From a virus, in the IMG/VR virus record IMGVR_UViG_3300027983_000009, positions 18,681-82,680 of that record: 64,000 nucleotides of DNA. The stretch is one strand, 5' to 3'. This document shows positions 28,136 through 37,254 of the stretch, in pieces. A program made the translations under genes and the position numbers. Position 1 is the first letter of the stretch, and each line of letters begins with the position of its first letter. The notes below the pieces were generated by a model. That model worked only from the letters and a program-made list of their open reading frames with translations, had not been told where the DNA came from and did no database searches.

Positions 28136-28413
28136 CCGTGAGCAGCGACTCTACGTGCCCATACTGTCAGCAGGATGGTATGGTCACAGAGTCAATGTCT
28201 GAAGACGAGGAGGTCGAGGTAGAGTGTGGAGGTTGCAGTGAGACGTTCATAGTCACAGCCTCGGTTCGTGTGCTGTATAATGTATCCTGTGCACCGGGTA
28301 AGCACGACCTGCGGCCAAACAAAAAACACGACGGCTGGTACAACTGCAGCAAATGTGACTCATTCTTGAATGAGGTGATCCACCAAGACGAGTTCACCAA
28401 ACCAGCCAGCTAG
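28132..28413 (+). CDS. Zinc-ribbon protein
   Basis: CPYC…CGGC…CSKC. Confidence 0.7.
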   Translation: MTVSSDSTCPYCQQDGMVTESMSEDEEVEVECGGCSETFIVTASVRVLYNVSCAPGKHDLRPNKKHDGWYNCSKCDSFLNEVIHQDEFTKPAS

Positions 28414-28468
28414 GTAGCGTATTTTAACGCAGCGGAGTAGACCCGTGTACGAAGAACGGAGAAGACCT

Positions 28469-28666
28469 ATGCATATCGATGAGGTGCAGGCAGACGTGGA
28501 TGACGTCACCAAAGCTGCAAATGAGCTTGTAGAGCACCTGACCACCGCGGAGTGTTGTGAGACTATAGAGGACCTTCAGGTGAACCTCGAGAATGCTGTG
28601 CGTACAGCTGGCGAGATTCAGGCAGCCGCAAAGAGGCTGCATAAATTGGCAATGCGACTACGGTAG
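28469..28666 (+). CDS. Hypothetical helical protein
   Basis: GGAG RBS then ATG at 28469. Confidence 0.6.
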   Translation: MHIDEVQADVDDVTKAANELVEHLTTAECCETIEDLQVNLENAVRTAGEIQAAAKRLHKLAMRLR

Positions 28667-28691
28667 TCGCGAGCGTGATAGTGTTTAGTAT

Positions 28692-28717
28692 GCCTACTTG
28701 GGGGCTTCGTATCCAAG
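28692..28717 (+). repeat. Dispersed hairpin element, CTTGG/CCAAG stem variant
   Basis: GCC TA CTTGGG GGCTTCGTA TCCAAG; near-identical to 20023. Confidence 0.75.
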
Positions 28718-28746
28718 CTGCTCCGGTTGAAAGGGATGTGGCTACT

Positions 28747-29046
28747 ATGTCTAAATCATCTGAAGCTCTACAGCGTGCGTTCATAGCAGACCCCGGAGCT
28801 ATCCGGTCGCTGATGTTGAACAGAGCGCCGTGCAATGCGGCTCTGGTTGACCATGAATTTGTTCCGGTTGAAAGAGATATGTGTATGCCGGGGGCGCATT
28901 TCACAATCAGCGCTATTGGGCTGGTCAACGCAGTACTTGCAGCGAACGGCCTGCCGCTGGTTGCAGGTATGTGGGAGGATGGCGAAAAGGTAGGGTGTGA
29001 CAATTTTGTAGGGTTCTGTGAGTGCACACCAACTGTAGAGATCTAA
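28747..29046 (+). CDS. Hypothetical phage protein (AF.ADP.AI..L…R.PCN..L..H)
   Basis: ATG 28747 downstream of the hairpin element. Confidence 0.65.
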   Translation: MSKSSEALQRAFIADPGAIRSLMLNRAPCNAALVDHEFVPVERDMCMPGAHFTISAIGLVNAVLAANGLPLVAGMWEDGEKVGCDNFVGFCECTPTVEI

Positions 29047-29062
29047 TCTAAGGAGGTGAGCC

Positions 29063-29278
29063 GTGGATGCAGATAACCTAATAGCGAGAGCCAGAAGGCA
29101 GCAAGTTGTCGGCAATGGCAAGGCGCAGATTGCGGCCCTCGTGTACGAACTGGAGATGCGGGAGGCTCAGGTGGGCGGTATGACAATCCGCTTGCATGAA
29201 GCTGAGTCACAGTTAGCGAACTACATCAAACTTATTAAGGAAGGCGCAGCTAGGCGTCTTAAGCAAGGGGGTGTATAA
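29063..29278 (+). CDS. Hypothetical protein
   Basis: AAGGAGGT RBS plus GTG. Confidence 0.65.
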   Translation: MDADNLIARARRQQVVGNGKAQIAALVYELEMREAQVGGMTIRLHEAESQLANYIKLIKEGAARRLKQGGV

Positions 29279-29568
29279 TGTTCAATAGACACAATAATAT
29301 GGATGGGATGGCGGCACTAGCCAGTTCCGGTTGGGGTGGTGTTACTTCGTGTGGATATCCCAGTGATAGTGCGGGTTACTGCGAGTAGGGCTACCCAAGA
29401 CGGGTTGCCAGCCCAGCTCGTTGTTGTGTTTCCGCAAGGTAGGCTGTGTGTCGAGGATATGAGTGGCGACTGGCAAGCTGTGCGGACCCCGCCAAAGATG
29501 TTGAAGACAGTCGCGATGAGAGAGCAAGCAGCGGTAAGCCCCGTAGCAAACACCAGACAGGAGTAGAT

Positions 29569-29928
29569 GTGGGAGAATTTGAAAAGTCAAAACTGCCAGT
29601 AACCTTCGAAGAGTGGGCCACACACCCCAGACCCAAACCGCTAGACGCAGACGCCCTGGAGCTGTGGCTAGCTGCGCAGGGGCGTTGTAAACCGTGCCCA
29701 TTTTGCGGCACAAGCCGTACGCTAGTGTCTAGCGAGCTGAACGCTCAGACTAATATTTACATCACACACATTGCCTGCAGTAACTTCAAGTGCTTCGTTG
29801 TAGTAGCAGGTAATTCGAGATACAGCCGATTGCAGGCACAGCAGGAGGCGTTTAACAAGTGGCAACGCAGACCGGCAGGAGTAACAGAAACAGGAGACAA
29901 TAACCCACCCCTCAAGCAGCTACCGTAG
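29569..29928 (+). CDS. Lar-like (restriction alleviation) zinc-ribbon protein
   Basis: KPCPFCG…C.NFKC…A..KWQRR; AGGAG RBS plus GTG. Confidence 0.6.
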   Translation: MGEFEKSKLPVTFEEWATHPRPKPLDADALELWLAAQGRCKPCPFCGTSRTLVSSELNAQTNIYITHIACSNFKCFVVVAGNSRYSRLQAQQEAFNKWQRRPAGVTETGDNNPPLKQLP

Positions 29929-29959
29929 CTGCTTTCATTATTAATAACCAACTTTACAT

Positions 29960-29986
29960 GCCGTTGCAGAGGCTTCGTGGCTGCGA
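29960..29986 (+). repeat. Dispersed hairpin element
   Basis: GCC GT TGCAGA GGCTTCGTG GCTGCG A, immediately before the RBS of 30003. Confidence 0.7.
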
Positions 29987-30002
29987 GAGAGGGTAGTGAA
30001 CA

Positions 30003-30311
30003 ATGACAAAAAACCAGCAATCTCTACCTGTGGGCGAGCGTCGGGTTCGTTGGGTAGCAGCTGAACGAGATGACTCTTCGTTCGTAACGGAGTACAGGCT
30101 TATCGTTGGCAAGCTTATTAGACGCGGCAAGATGCGGTGTGTAGCGACAGTCTGGGTTAAACCGGAATGCAACTATGCAACGTGGCACACGTGGGACATT
30201 CAAGGGACAGGTGGCGAGAATAGTGTTGAGTACGCCGACAGCTGCGAGGCAGCTACGCTGCAGGCTAAAGGTATGGCGTCATTAGCGGCAATTACTCAGG
30301 GTTTCGTGTAG
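30003..30311 (+). CDS. Hypothetical protein
   Basis: 102 aa, GAGGG RBS. Confidence 0.65.
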   Translation: MTKNQQSLPVGERRVRWVAAERDDSSFVTEYRLIVGKLIRRGKMRCVATVWVKPECNYATWHTWDIQGTGGENSVEYADSCEAATLQAKGMASLAAITQGFV

Positions 30312-30331
30312 GTAATCAGCAGGAGAGTAAT

Positions 30332-30544
30332 ATGACAGAGCCGTGCTATATGTTGAAGATAGCAGACAGGCTGACAGGGCATGCGCACTGTGGAGCGAGC
30401 GACGCAGAGGCTGCGGCAGACATCATCAGACAGGTGCACGGTATTCTGGTGCAGGTGCGGCAGCAGTATTTACTCCCGACAGAGGCCGGATACCGTGGAG
30501 GGCTGAGTCAGGAAGTGCGAGCACAGATCATGACACTACTTTGA
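30332..30544 (+). CDS. Hypothetical protein
   Basis: AGGAG RBS. Confidence 0.55.
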   Translation: MTEPCYMLKIADRLTGHAHCGASDAEAAADIIRQVHGILVQVRQQYLLPTEAGYRGGLSQEVRAQIMTLL

Positions 30545-30560
30545 AGAGGAGCAGAGAGAA

Positions 30561-30998
30561 GTGAAGAAACAGAAAGCAGCACTAACTGAGGCGCAGCAAC
30601 CACCAAAAACACTACGCGACTTAAAGGTCGGTGACAGCGTGTTTGTTGTGCATCAGCGTGGGAGGTGGGATCCTGCAGAGTATAGGACAGCGGTTGCCAC
30701 TGTGGTAAAGGTGGGTAGGTTGTACGCATACATTGAGCAGGGTGTGTACAGTGACCTGTCACCGTTCTGTCGCGACACTGGGTCTAGCGTCCACCCGGGT
30801 GATGGTAATGTGAGATCTAATAACCGCGGGTTTGATGTGCACCTGTCACAGCAAGGCTACCATGAATCCGGGCAGAGAAGCGCGGAGATGGCCAGGCTGA
30901 CCAGACGGATCATCGCGAGGATGGGTGATCTGATACAGCTACCGCCAGAAGTTGTGACAGCGATACACAAGCTGTTGGACGACGCCAAGCTGGATTAG
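30561..30998 (+). CDS. Small beta-barrel (SH3-like) phage protein
   Basis: LKVGDSVFVV…ATVVKVGRLYAYI. Confidence 0.65.
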   Translation: MKKQKAALTEAQQPPKTLRDLKVGDSVFVVHQRGRWDPAEYRTAVATVVKVGRLYAYIEQGVYSDLSPFCRDTGSSVHPGDGNVRSNNRGFDVHLSQQGYHESGQRSAEMARLTRRIIARMGDLIQLPPEVVTAIHKLLDDAKLD

Positions 30999-31018
30999 CA
31001 ACCCAGCCAATGTGTAGT

Positions 31019-31045
31019 GCCGCTGCAGAGGCGTAATATCTGCAG
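31019..31045 (+). repeat. Dispersed hairpin element upstream of the Cas12m-like gene
   Basis: GCC GC TGCAGA GGCGTAATA TCTGCA G; a second, unrelated hairpin lies at 31063-31089. Confidence 0.8.
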
Positions 31046-31129
31046 AGCCCAGAATATGGTGACAACCCTGCCGACGTTCGGCGGGGTTGGCAGCAAGCAG
31101 CAAACATCAAACAGAGAGCAGGAATCAGA

Positions 31130-33121
31130 ATGACTGAAGTAACACGTAACTGGTGTTATGGAGCCAAGGCGCCAACGTTGAATGCCGACATGGTGGACCA
31201 CCAGCTTTGGCTGGCCCACAATTACAAGAACCGGCACATCGAGCTGGAGCGGAACAGGCGAATTACTGCGGATGCGTTCGCCAGATCTCTTCACCCACAG
31301 TTCGAACTGGATGCCGCAGAATATGAGGTTGCAGACGCTGCAGTGGATGCAGCGTTCGACCTACTTAAAGCTGAGCGGATTGCGGCACGGAGCCGTGTAG
31401 ACGCGACGCCGGCGGTTGCTGCAGCAATCAGGGAAGCTAAGCGGATCCGGTGTGATGTAGGTGCTCGCAAGAAAATAAGCTCGAGAGCTGCATACAAGCT
31501 GGTCAATGAGTCGCAGGAGCCGTACAAAGAGAGAGCTGCGGCTGAGACAGTTATTCCGGAGGGGACAACCCCTGCAGCTCGTGATCAGCTGATTTATCGC
31601 AATAGGTTGGCGATGATGGAGGCGGCTGGCGTAGATGCCGGCGCCAAGGTGATGTACGACGCCAGACTCGCAGCCCGCGAAGAGTTCCGCGATCTTGGGC
31701 TGAATTGGGGCACCTACCTGACGGTGGAGGCTGCGACAAAGGACTACCACAAAGGAGCACCCCCGGAATTTCGCAGATTTGATGGTCGCGGGTCCATCGG
31801 TGTGCAGATACAGGTAGGCGGAGGATTAACGTATGCTGCTGCTGTTGCCTGCGCGAATACGTTTTTGAGAATTCAGTTGCCACCACTATCTGAGCGGTTG
31901 GCAACAACAGGCTCGGACAGCGGCGTGCAGGCTCACGGGGTGGCGTGGTTAAGGATCGGCTCAGTCGGACACCAACCGATCTGGGCGACAGTCCCTTTTG
32001 TGTACAGTCGCGAGATTCCGCACGATGCTGTAATCAAGTGGGCGTACCTGGACAGGGTTCGTGTCGGCCAGAAGTATCACTGGAAGCTGCGGCTTAACCT
32101 GAAGACTTCGCAGGTCAGGAGGCCGGCAGAGAACAGAGATATGGTTGCAGCCCATCTCGGGTACAGGCTGGTAGGCGAAGAAATCCGTGTGCTGACAACC
32201 TTGGATACCAGCGGAGAAGTAAGCACCCTCTCCATCTCGCGGGAAGAGGTGGCAGCGTTCGGTTACATGCGCAAGCTGGAGTCGATCCGAGAGAATGCCT
32301 CGAATCTGGTGACAGCAGCTCTCGGTCGCTGGTCGCGTGTAGCTAATATCTCAGAGTGGTTCCAGGAACATTCGGACAACATCTCAAGGTGGCGAGGCCC
32401 TGAGAGGATGAGTCGACTTGCCCGGTCTTGGCGTGATAACAGGTTCGACGCAGACCAATCTTCGTCTGCAGAGATTCCTGAGTTTTTGGAGTGGGCGCAG
32501 CTCAAGCTGGAGGAGTACCGGAGACAGCCGCACTATCGGCCGACCAACCCGGATGATTTGACTACAGTTTTCGGGGTGGTAGAGTTCTGGAGGAAGTACG
32601 ACAAGCACCTGTGTGAATGGTCGGCGAATCAGTCGCGGAAATGTATCGCAAGGCGTGAGCAGCTCTACAGGACATATGCTGCTAATTTGGCCAGGCGGTA
32701 CAACGCGTTGGCGATTCCGGATGTTGACTGGGCCGAGCTTCGAGAAAAGCCAGCGGTCGACGAGACAGATGCGCAGAGCAAGGAATTGCGGAGATTGGCA
32801 TCTATCGTCTCACCGGGCAGACTATCGGCAATCCTGGTCGAGGTGTTCAGCGACCGAGCTCACAAGACAGCCGCTCAGGGGATGACTATCATCTGCAATG
32901 CGTGCGGTAAGGTCCATGAGTTCGACAAGAAGCAGCGTGTGACAACTTGTGTCCACTGCGGGGCAACGTGGGACCAGGATGAGAATGCTGTCCGCAACAC
33001 GTTGGCAAATGGCCTGGTAAAGCGGGCGAGGGTAGAGTCCAGAAACGGGGCACCAGATCCGGACGCCCCTGTGAAAGTGCGAGCGGTCAGACGGGACCGG
33101 AGGAGACCTGCTACGACGTAG
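31130..33121 (+). CDS. Cas12m (type V-M/V-U1)-like TnpB-derived RNA-guided effector with inactivated RuvC
   Basis: QLWLAHNYKN…ER; L.WGTY..VE; F.RFDG.G.IGVQIQ; RuvC-I VAAHLGYR (His in place of Asp); RuvC-II LAIPDVD; SPG.L; CNAC/CVHC zinc ribbon; RuvC-III WDQDENA. Confidence 0.85.
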   Translation: MTEVTRNWCYGAKAPTLNADMVDHQLWLAHNYKNRHIELERNRRITADAFARSLHPQFELDAAEYEVADAAVDAAFDLLKAERIAARSRVDATPAVAAAIREAKRIRCDVGARKKISSRAAYKLVNESQEPYKERAAAETVIPEGTTPAARDQLIYRNRLAMMEAAGVDAGAKVMYDARLAAREEFRDLGLNWGTYLTVEAATKDYHKGAPPEFRRFDGRGSIGVQIQVGGGLTYAAAVACANTFLRIQLPPLSERLATTGSDSGVQAHGVAWLRIGSVGHQPIWATVPFVYSREIPHDAVIKWAYLDRVRVGQKYHWKLRLNLKTSQVRRPAENRDMVAAHLGYRLVGEEIRVLTTLDTSGEVSTLSISREEVAAFGYMRKLESIRENASNLVTAALGRWSRVANISEWFQEHSDNISRWRGPERMSRLARSWRDNRFDADQSSSAEIPEFLEWAQLKLEEYRRQPHYRPTNPDDLTTVFGVVEFWRKYDKHLCEWSANQSRKCIARREQLYRTYAANLARRYNALAIPDVDWAELREKPAVDETDAQSKELRRLASIVSPGRLSAILVEVFSDRAHKTAAQGMTIICNACGKVHEFDKKQRVTTCVHCGATWDQDENAVRNTLANGLVKRARVESRNGAPDPDAPVKVRAVRRDRRRPATT

Positions 33122-33139
33122 TCGGTTTGCAGTGCACGT

Positions 33140-33166
33140 GCCAGCTCTGCGGCTTCATGGCAGAGC
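33140..33166 (+). repeat. Hairpin element 18 nt after the effector stop codon (candidate guide scaffold)
   Basis: GCC AG CTCTGC GGCTTCATG GCAGAG C, perfect 7-bp stem; shares CCAGCTCTGCGG with the array repeat at 11226. Confidence 0.8.
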
Positions 33167-33210
33167 AAAGAGATGAAGAGCGAATATATGCCTCACACAG
33201 GAGATAGCTA

Positions 33211-33414
33211 GTGGTAGATCTGGGGAAAAGTAAACCAACCTCTCTCGGCACAACGTTGCGACAACTTGGATTTGACGAGACTGCGTATGACCGTACGACG
33301 AAGTATTACACACCGAAGTGCTCGAGCTGTCAGGCGGTGGTTGTAAACGGTACCGCGTGTCATGAACAGGGGTGCCCTAACGCGAGGCGGCCGACCGACG
33401 ACTATGATGATTGA
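33211..33414 (+). CDS. Small phage protein (CSSCQA.VVNG.ACHE.GCPN)
   Basis: AGGAG RBS; conserved Cys/His motif. Confidence 0.65.
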   Translation: MVDLGKSKPTSLGTTLRQLGFDETAYDRTTKYYTPKCSSCQAVVVNGTACHEQGCPNARRPTDDYDD

Positions 33415-33471
33415 TGTATGTGTTCTGCAGACACGAAGCTGCAGAGGCAGTAAACAGAAAGAGGGAAAACC

Positions 33472-33786
33472 ATGGGAAGAAGAAAAAGCAATAACAACTC
33501 GCAGCCTATTCAGGTTGCGACCAACGGTAAAGCGATAGCAGGCTACCGCCAAGGTATGTATTGGTTCGGCTGCAATGGCCGAACCGTTTATGGGCTGTGC
33601 AGTGCCTCGTTCAAAGATGAGCGAGACCTGCTACAGCAATACGACTCGGCGTTCGGGCACCGCGGGGCTGCAGGCGGCTTGATTCGCGTGTACGAAGACG
33701 GTGAGACTTTAGTTTTGCGTAAAGACCCGAAGCAGATTGCACAAGACGAGGAGACACAGCAACATGAGTCAGAGCTTCCAAATTAA
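33472..33786 (+). CDS. Hypothetical protein
   Basis: GAGGG RBS; a degenerate minus-strand element lies upstream at 33425-33448. Confidence 0.6.
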   Translation: MGRRKSNNNSQPIQVATNGKAIAGYRQGMYWFGCNGRTVYGLCSASFKDERDLLQQYDSAFGHRGAAGGLIRVYEDGETLVLRKDPKQIAQDEETQQHESELPN

Positions 33787-34090
33787 CTGCGAGTACAACG
33801 CAGCAACAGATGCGACTATCACACTTCCGGAGGGTCGACGAATTGAGGACATCAAGAGTTCGCACGTGGCGTATGATACGTTGTATATCCGTTTTAAGGA
33901 TGGCGAAGCTTGGGAGACCCGGCTCGACTCTGACAGTGAAGACAATATCGACTGGAATAGTCCGACAGCTGTATCAGTGCATGCGGTGTCAGATGACGGC
34001 GATGTAGACTACGACAGCGACCTGGCTAGCGAGTTCGGTATGGGTGACGTAGAGACTGACCAAAGCAGAGGGGGTATCCATGGCAGATAG
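33764..34090 (+). CDS. Acidic hypothetical protein
   Basis: GAGGAG RBS then ATG at 33764. Confidence 0.65.
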   Translation: MSQSFQINCEYNAATDATITLPEGRRIEDIKSSHVAYDTLYIRFKDGEAWETRLDSDSEDNIDWNSPTAVSVHAVSDDGDVDYDSDLASEFGMGDVETDQSRGGIHGR

Positions 34091-34520
34091 GTTCTATCAA
34101 CGTCTGACTATTGGCGGAAATCCGGGTGACGACTACATCAAGATCATGGACCTGCTCATAGACGAGACAGGTCTGGAATTTGAGGAGGAGTCATCCGAAG
34201 GCCTGGTAGTCGGGTGCAGCGATGCAGCCCCAGGGGATTTTGAGGAAGCTAAGACGGCCCTGCGAGAGGCAGGCCTGTCGTACGATCACTTCTGCGAGGC
34301 AAAGTGGGATCACGAAGGTGAGATCTGGTACTGGCGACCGGGACTGAACCCAGACGGAGAAACTGAGTGCCACGCGTGGTCGAGGCAGGGTGGGGTGCAG
34401 ACCGTTACCGTGGAAGACCTGCAAGAGTTTCTGGAGAGCGCCCAGACATTGCAGGAGGTGATCGATATGATTCGGATACCACCACTACCAGAGTGGGTAC
34501 AACCAAAGGAGGTCAGCTGA
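34080..34520 (+). CDS. Acidic hypothetical protein
   Basis: 146 aa, GAGGGG RBS. Confidence 0.7.
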   Translation: MADRFYQRLTIGGNPGDDYIKIMDLLIDETGLEFEEESSEGLVVGCSDAAPGDFEEAKTALREAGLSYDHFCEAKWDHEGEIWYWRPGLNPDGETECHAWSRQGGVQTVTVEDLQEFLESAQTLQEVIDMIRIPPLPEWVQPKEVS

Positions 34521-34723
34521 TGCCGGAGCACACGATTTGGCGAGATGGGAGTCTCTTCGATAAGATGGACCCGACTACACACGCGATCAAGCAGATTGCG
34601 GCCAGCTATTCGGATGATATGCACGGAAGTGTGTTTGAGGTAAGAGACGAGAACAGCGAGTCGTATTACTCTGCAGGACCTGTCACAGTACATCACGCTA
34701 AGCCGAAGGTACCTAAGAACTAG
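34520..34723 (+). CDS. Hypothetical protein
   Basis: AAGGAGG RBS, TGATG overlap. Confidence 0.6.
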   Translation: MPEHTIWRDGSLFDKMDPTTHAIKQIAASYSDDMHGSVFEVRDENSESYYSAGPVTVHHAKPKVPKN

Positions 34724-34752
34724 ATTCTTTAATGTTCTTCAACCCGTTAAGT

Positions 34753-34778
34753 GCCTACGCAGGGGCGACATATCTGCG
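34753..34778 (+). repeat. Dispersed hairpin element
   Basis: GCC TA CGCAGG GGCGACATA TCTGCG. Confidence 0.75.
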
Positions 34779-34994
34779 AATAGAAAGAGGTCAATATGCA
34801 GTACGTGGAATACATCGTAGCGATTCTGTTCACAGCGGCCCCGGGTTTGGCTGCTGTGTGCGCCTTTTGTGGCAACACAGTTGACGCAGGAGAGAAGCAG
34901 CAGCGGAGAGCTGGTGCCAGGTGTGTAGCAGCTCGCTGCGCAGCACGAGCTAAGTACCTGAGAACGCTGGATGAGTGAGCCTGAGCAATGCATC

Positions 34995-35020
34995 GCCCAC
35001 GCAGAGGCGTTATATCTGCG
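34995..35020 (+). repeat. Dispersed hairpin element
   Basis: GCC CA CGCAGA GGCGTTATA TCTGCG. Confidence 0.75.
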
Positions 35021-35067
35021 ACGTTGGCAAATAGCAGCAAACTAAAACCCACAACGGAGTATGCAAG

Positions 35068-35343
35068 ATGCAACTAAGCACAATTAAGTACACCGACAAA
35101 GTAACCTTAACAGACCACGAAGTGACAGGTGCGGCAGCACGGAGGTGCCGCAGGCGATTCATGTTGAGTGTGAAAGAGGTTGCAGTAGCGGCTGGCTTAT
35201 CACCCGTCTACCTCGCACAGCTGGAGGCGGGAGATATAGTCTGGACGCAGCCTGTGTTGGACGCCGTTACTAATGCGATCTACAGCCAACATAACAGCTC
35301 GCTCCCGCGTAAGCGCTTTGAACATCTATCCGGACAGTACTGA
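35068..35343 (+). CDS. XRE-family HTH protein
   Basis: R…LSVKEVA.AAGLSPVYLAQLEAG. Confidence 0.75.
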   Translation: MQLSTIKYTDKVTLTDHEVTGAAARRCRRRFMLSVKEVAVAAGLSPVYLAQLEAGDIVWTQPVLDAVTNAIYSQHNSSLPRKRFEHLSGQY

Positions 35344-35378
35344 CCGCGGATTACATTCCACAAATAGGAGTACCAGAT

Positions 35379-35708
35379 ATGCGAGTAGATGTTAGTGAGC
35401 TCAGTGAGCAACCAAGCGGCGGCACGGCCGCACCACGTGTAGAGGTTATGCCCGTCTTCAGCGGCGAGTCGTTCATCAGAACGCTGTCCTATCCGGTGAT
35501 TGTTGAGGCATGGAAGAAGAAAAACAGCGGTAGAGGTAAGCGAGCCTGGCTCGTGGAATTCACCGAGAAGGAGCGAGACCTCCTGTGTAAATGGCACGCC
35601 AGGTTCCACGACTGGCACTTGGTCTCCGGCACACCGGGTCGGGTTGTAATGAAATTGACAACGCTCGAGCTGCTGCAGCGAGCTGTTAACTTCTTTGCGG
35701 CTATTTGA
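35379..35708 (+). CDS. Hypothetical protein
   Basis: AGGAG RBS. Confidence 0.65.
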   Translation: MRVDVSELSEQPSGGTAAPRVEVMPVFSGESFIRTLSYPVIVEAWKKKNSGRGKRAWLVEFTEKERDLLCKWHARFHDWHLVSGTPGRVVMKLTTLELLQRAVNFFAAI

Positions 35709-35801
35709 ATCGCACACCAGCAACCTCCTCCGTTATGCATAACGGAGGCTTCGTATCTGCGGACGGCCGCAGCATCACATTCCACAAATAGGAGACATAA
35801 A

Positions 35802-36101
35802 TTGAAACCGTACACAGTGATCGGGCATTATAAGGACACCGGGTTGTTGTATTGCAGCATAAACCTCCACGCCGAGACCCCGGATGCTGCCGCTGCGTTG
35901 GTGGCAGAGCTGTACCCCGATGAGGACATTGCTATCAGCGCAGTGATTGCGGGGGAGCACGAGAGTGTGCTGGAGGGTGAATACCTGTTAGACACATCAA
36001 CCATAAGATCGTGGGGTACAGACGATGAAGGAAACGGTCCCAGTGTTTCAGCTGTTGTGCGGGTGCCCGACAACAGCAACAACGAAGTACAGAGCGGGTA
36101 G
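35802..36101 (+). CDS. Hypothetical protein
   Basis: AGGAG RBS plus TTG; leader ACATTCCACAAATAGGAG shared with 35379; degenerate element/palindrome at 35727-35761. Confidence 0.6.
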   Translation: MKPYTVIGHYKDTGLLYCSINLHAETPDAAAALVAELYPDEDIAISAVIAGEHESVLEGEYLLDTSTIRSWGTDDEGNGPSVSAVVRVPDNSNNEVQSG

Positions 36102-36298
36102 CAGGTGCTATCTGGACTTTATCTTCAGCGGACTTGTCCCAGCTAAAGTCCTGCGTGTGCTTGTATCCGGTCGCGGGTTCGTTAGCACAGAGGGTAGAGT
36201 CGAGGTTGAAGTCACAGAGTCCCGTGGTCCGTATAAAAAGGGTGAAGTTTCAAAGTAGGTCAGCTGATGCTTCTTTAATGTTCTTCAACCAGTTAAGT

Positions 36299-36326
36299 GC
36301 CTACGCAGGGGCGTCATATCTGCGTA
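36299..36326 (+). repeat. Dispersed hairpin element
   Basis: GCC TA CGCAGG GGCGTCATA TCTGCG TA. Confidence 0.75.
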
Positions 36327-36420
36327 TTGGAGCCGGCCAGCGTGGTCGTGCCGCCTAAGCACGTTATTCGTAGGCAGTATTCCACCAGTATCAACACAGC
36401 GTATGAATGGGAGAAAGACG

Positions 36421-36693
36421 ATGACAGAAAATAATCCAGGTGCGTGTGGCGGGGGTCAGTGCAGCCCGAAACGCGTACCGTACAAACCACCGCAAGCAAC
36501 GGTTATTAAGCGGCACACATTTTTCACAGCTGAAGAACTGGCGACGGAATTGGAAATGGATGCAGTCGAGATGCCGGGTAGGCAGCCCACCGTATTGTAT
36601 CTGGCACAAGACGTACAGAGTGGTGTGGCTGGTGAGGCGGTTGTAGCGTGGGTTCTTTGCGACGCGGTTAAACTATTCGGAAGACGGTCCTAG
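36421..36693 (+). CDS. Hypothetical protein
   Basis: GGGAG RBS then ATG at 36421. Confidence 0.55.
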   Translation: MTENNPGACGGGQCSPKRVPYKPPQATVIKRHTFFTAEELATELEMDAVEMPGRQPTVLYLAQDVQSGVAGEAVVAWVLCDAVKLFGRRS

Positions 36694-36731
36694 TGTTTCA
36701 GCACTAAATGAGTGAGCCCGAGAAACGTAGT

Positions 36732-36757
36732 GCCCCCGCAGAGGCGTTATATCTGCG
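36732..36757 (+). repeat. Dispersed hairpin element
   Basis: GCC CC CGCAGA GGCGTTATA TCTGCG, directly followed by a GGAGG RBS. Confidence 0.75.
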
Positions 36758-36770
36758 AAGGGAGGCGCTG

Positions 36771-36983
36771 ATGCTGAGGAAAGACACATTTCGAACGTCC
36801 CGGTACAAGGGTTACTGGATTCACACACACTACGAGTACGAGCGGGGCAGCCTGTTTGGCCACGAAGTTGTGAAAGTGCAGGATCCTGAAAACCTCTCTA
36901 GTAGGTTGGTGGTATCGGTCCGAGCTGCTAAGCTGCTAATCACCAAACTGATTAGTGCGAGCTCAGATACAGTTGCAGTGTAG
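36771..36983 (+). CDS. Hypothetical protein
   Basis: GGAGG RBS then ATG at 36771. Confidence 0.6.
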   Translation: MLRKDTFRTSRYKGYWIHTHYEYERGSLFGHEVVKVQDPENLSSRLVVSVRAAKLLITKLISASSDTVAV

Positions 36984-37086
36984 GCACACTACCGGAATAC
37001 ATTTGCGTAAACTGACCGTTGTTGAGATACTATCGACGGCAGCGTGTCAGTTACGCAGGCGTATTCGATGCGTAGGAGTATCTATC

Positions 37087-37254
37087 ATGAAAAACTGGAA
37101 AACGACAGCAGCTGGTATTTTGAGTGCGATTGTGCTGATAGCCCCACAGCTGTTAGCTCTGATTGACAACAACCCGTCTACACACTTTGATCTGTCCGTG
37201 GTACTTGCAGCGTTGAGTGTTCTCGGCATCGGCTGGAGCGCTAAAGACAAATAG
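37087..37254 (+). CDS. Small two-TM membrane protein (holin-like)
   Basis: MKNWKTTAAGIL…G..AKD; AGGAG RBS. Confidence 0.7.
   Translation: MKNWKTTAAGILSAIVLIAPQLLALIDNNPSTHFDLSVVLAALSVLGIGWSAKDK

Noticed and set aside
31130-33121. IS200/IS605 or IS607 transposon TnpB
   Set aside because: No TnpA or element ends are seen, the protein is much longer than typical TnpB, and its N-terminus and HLG motif are Cas12m-like.
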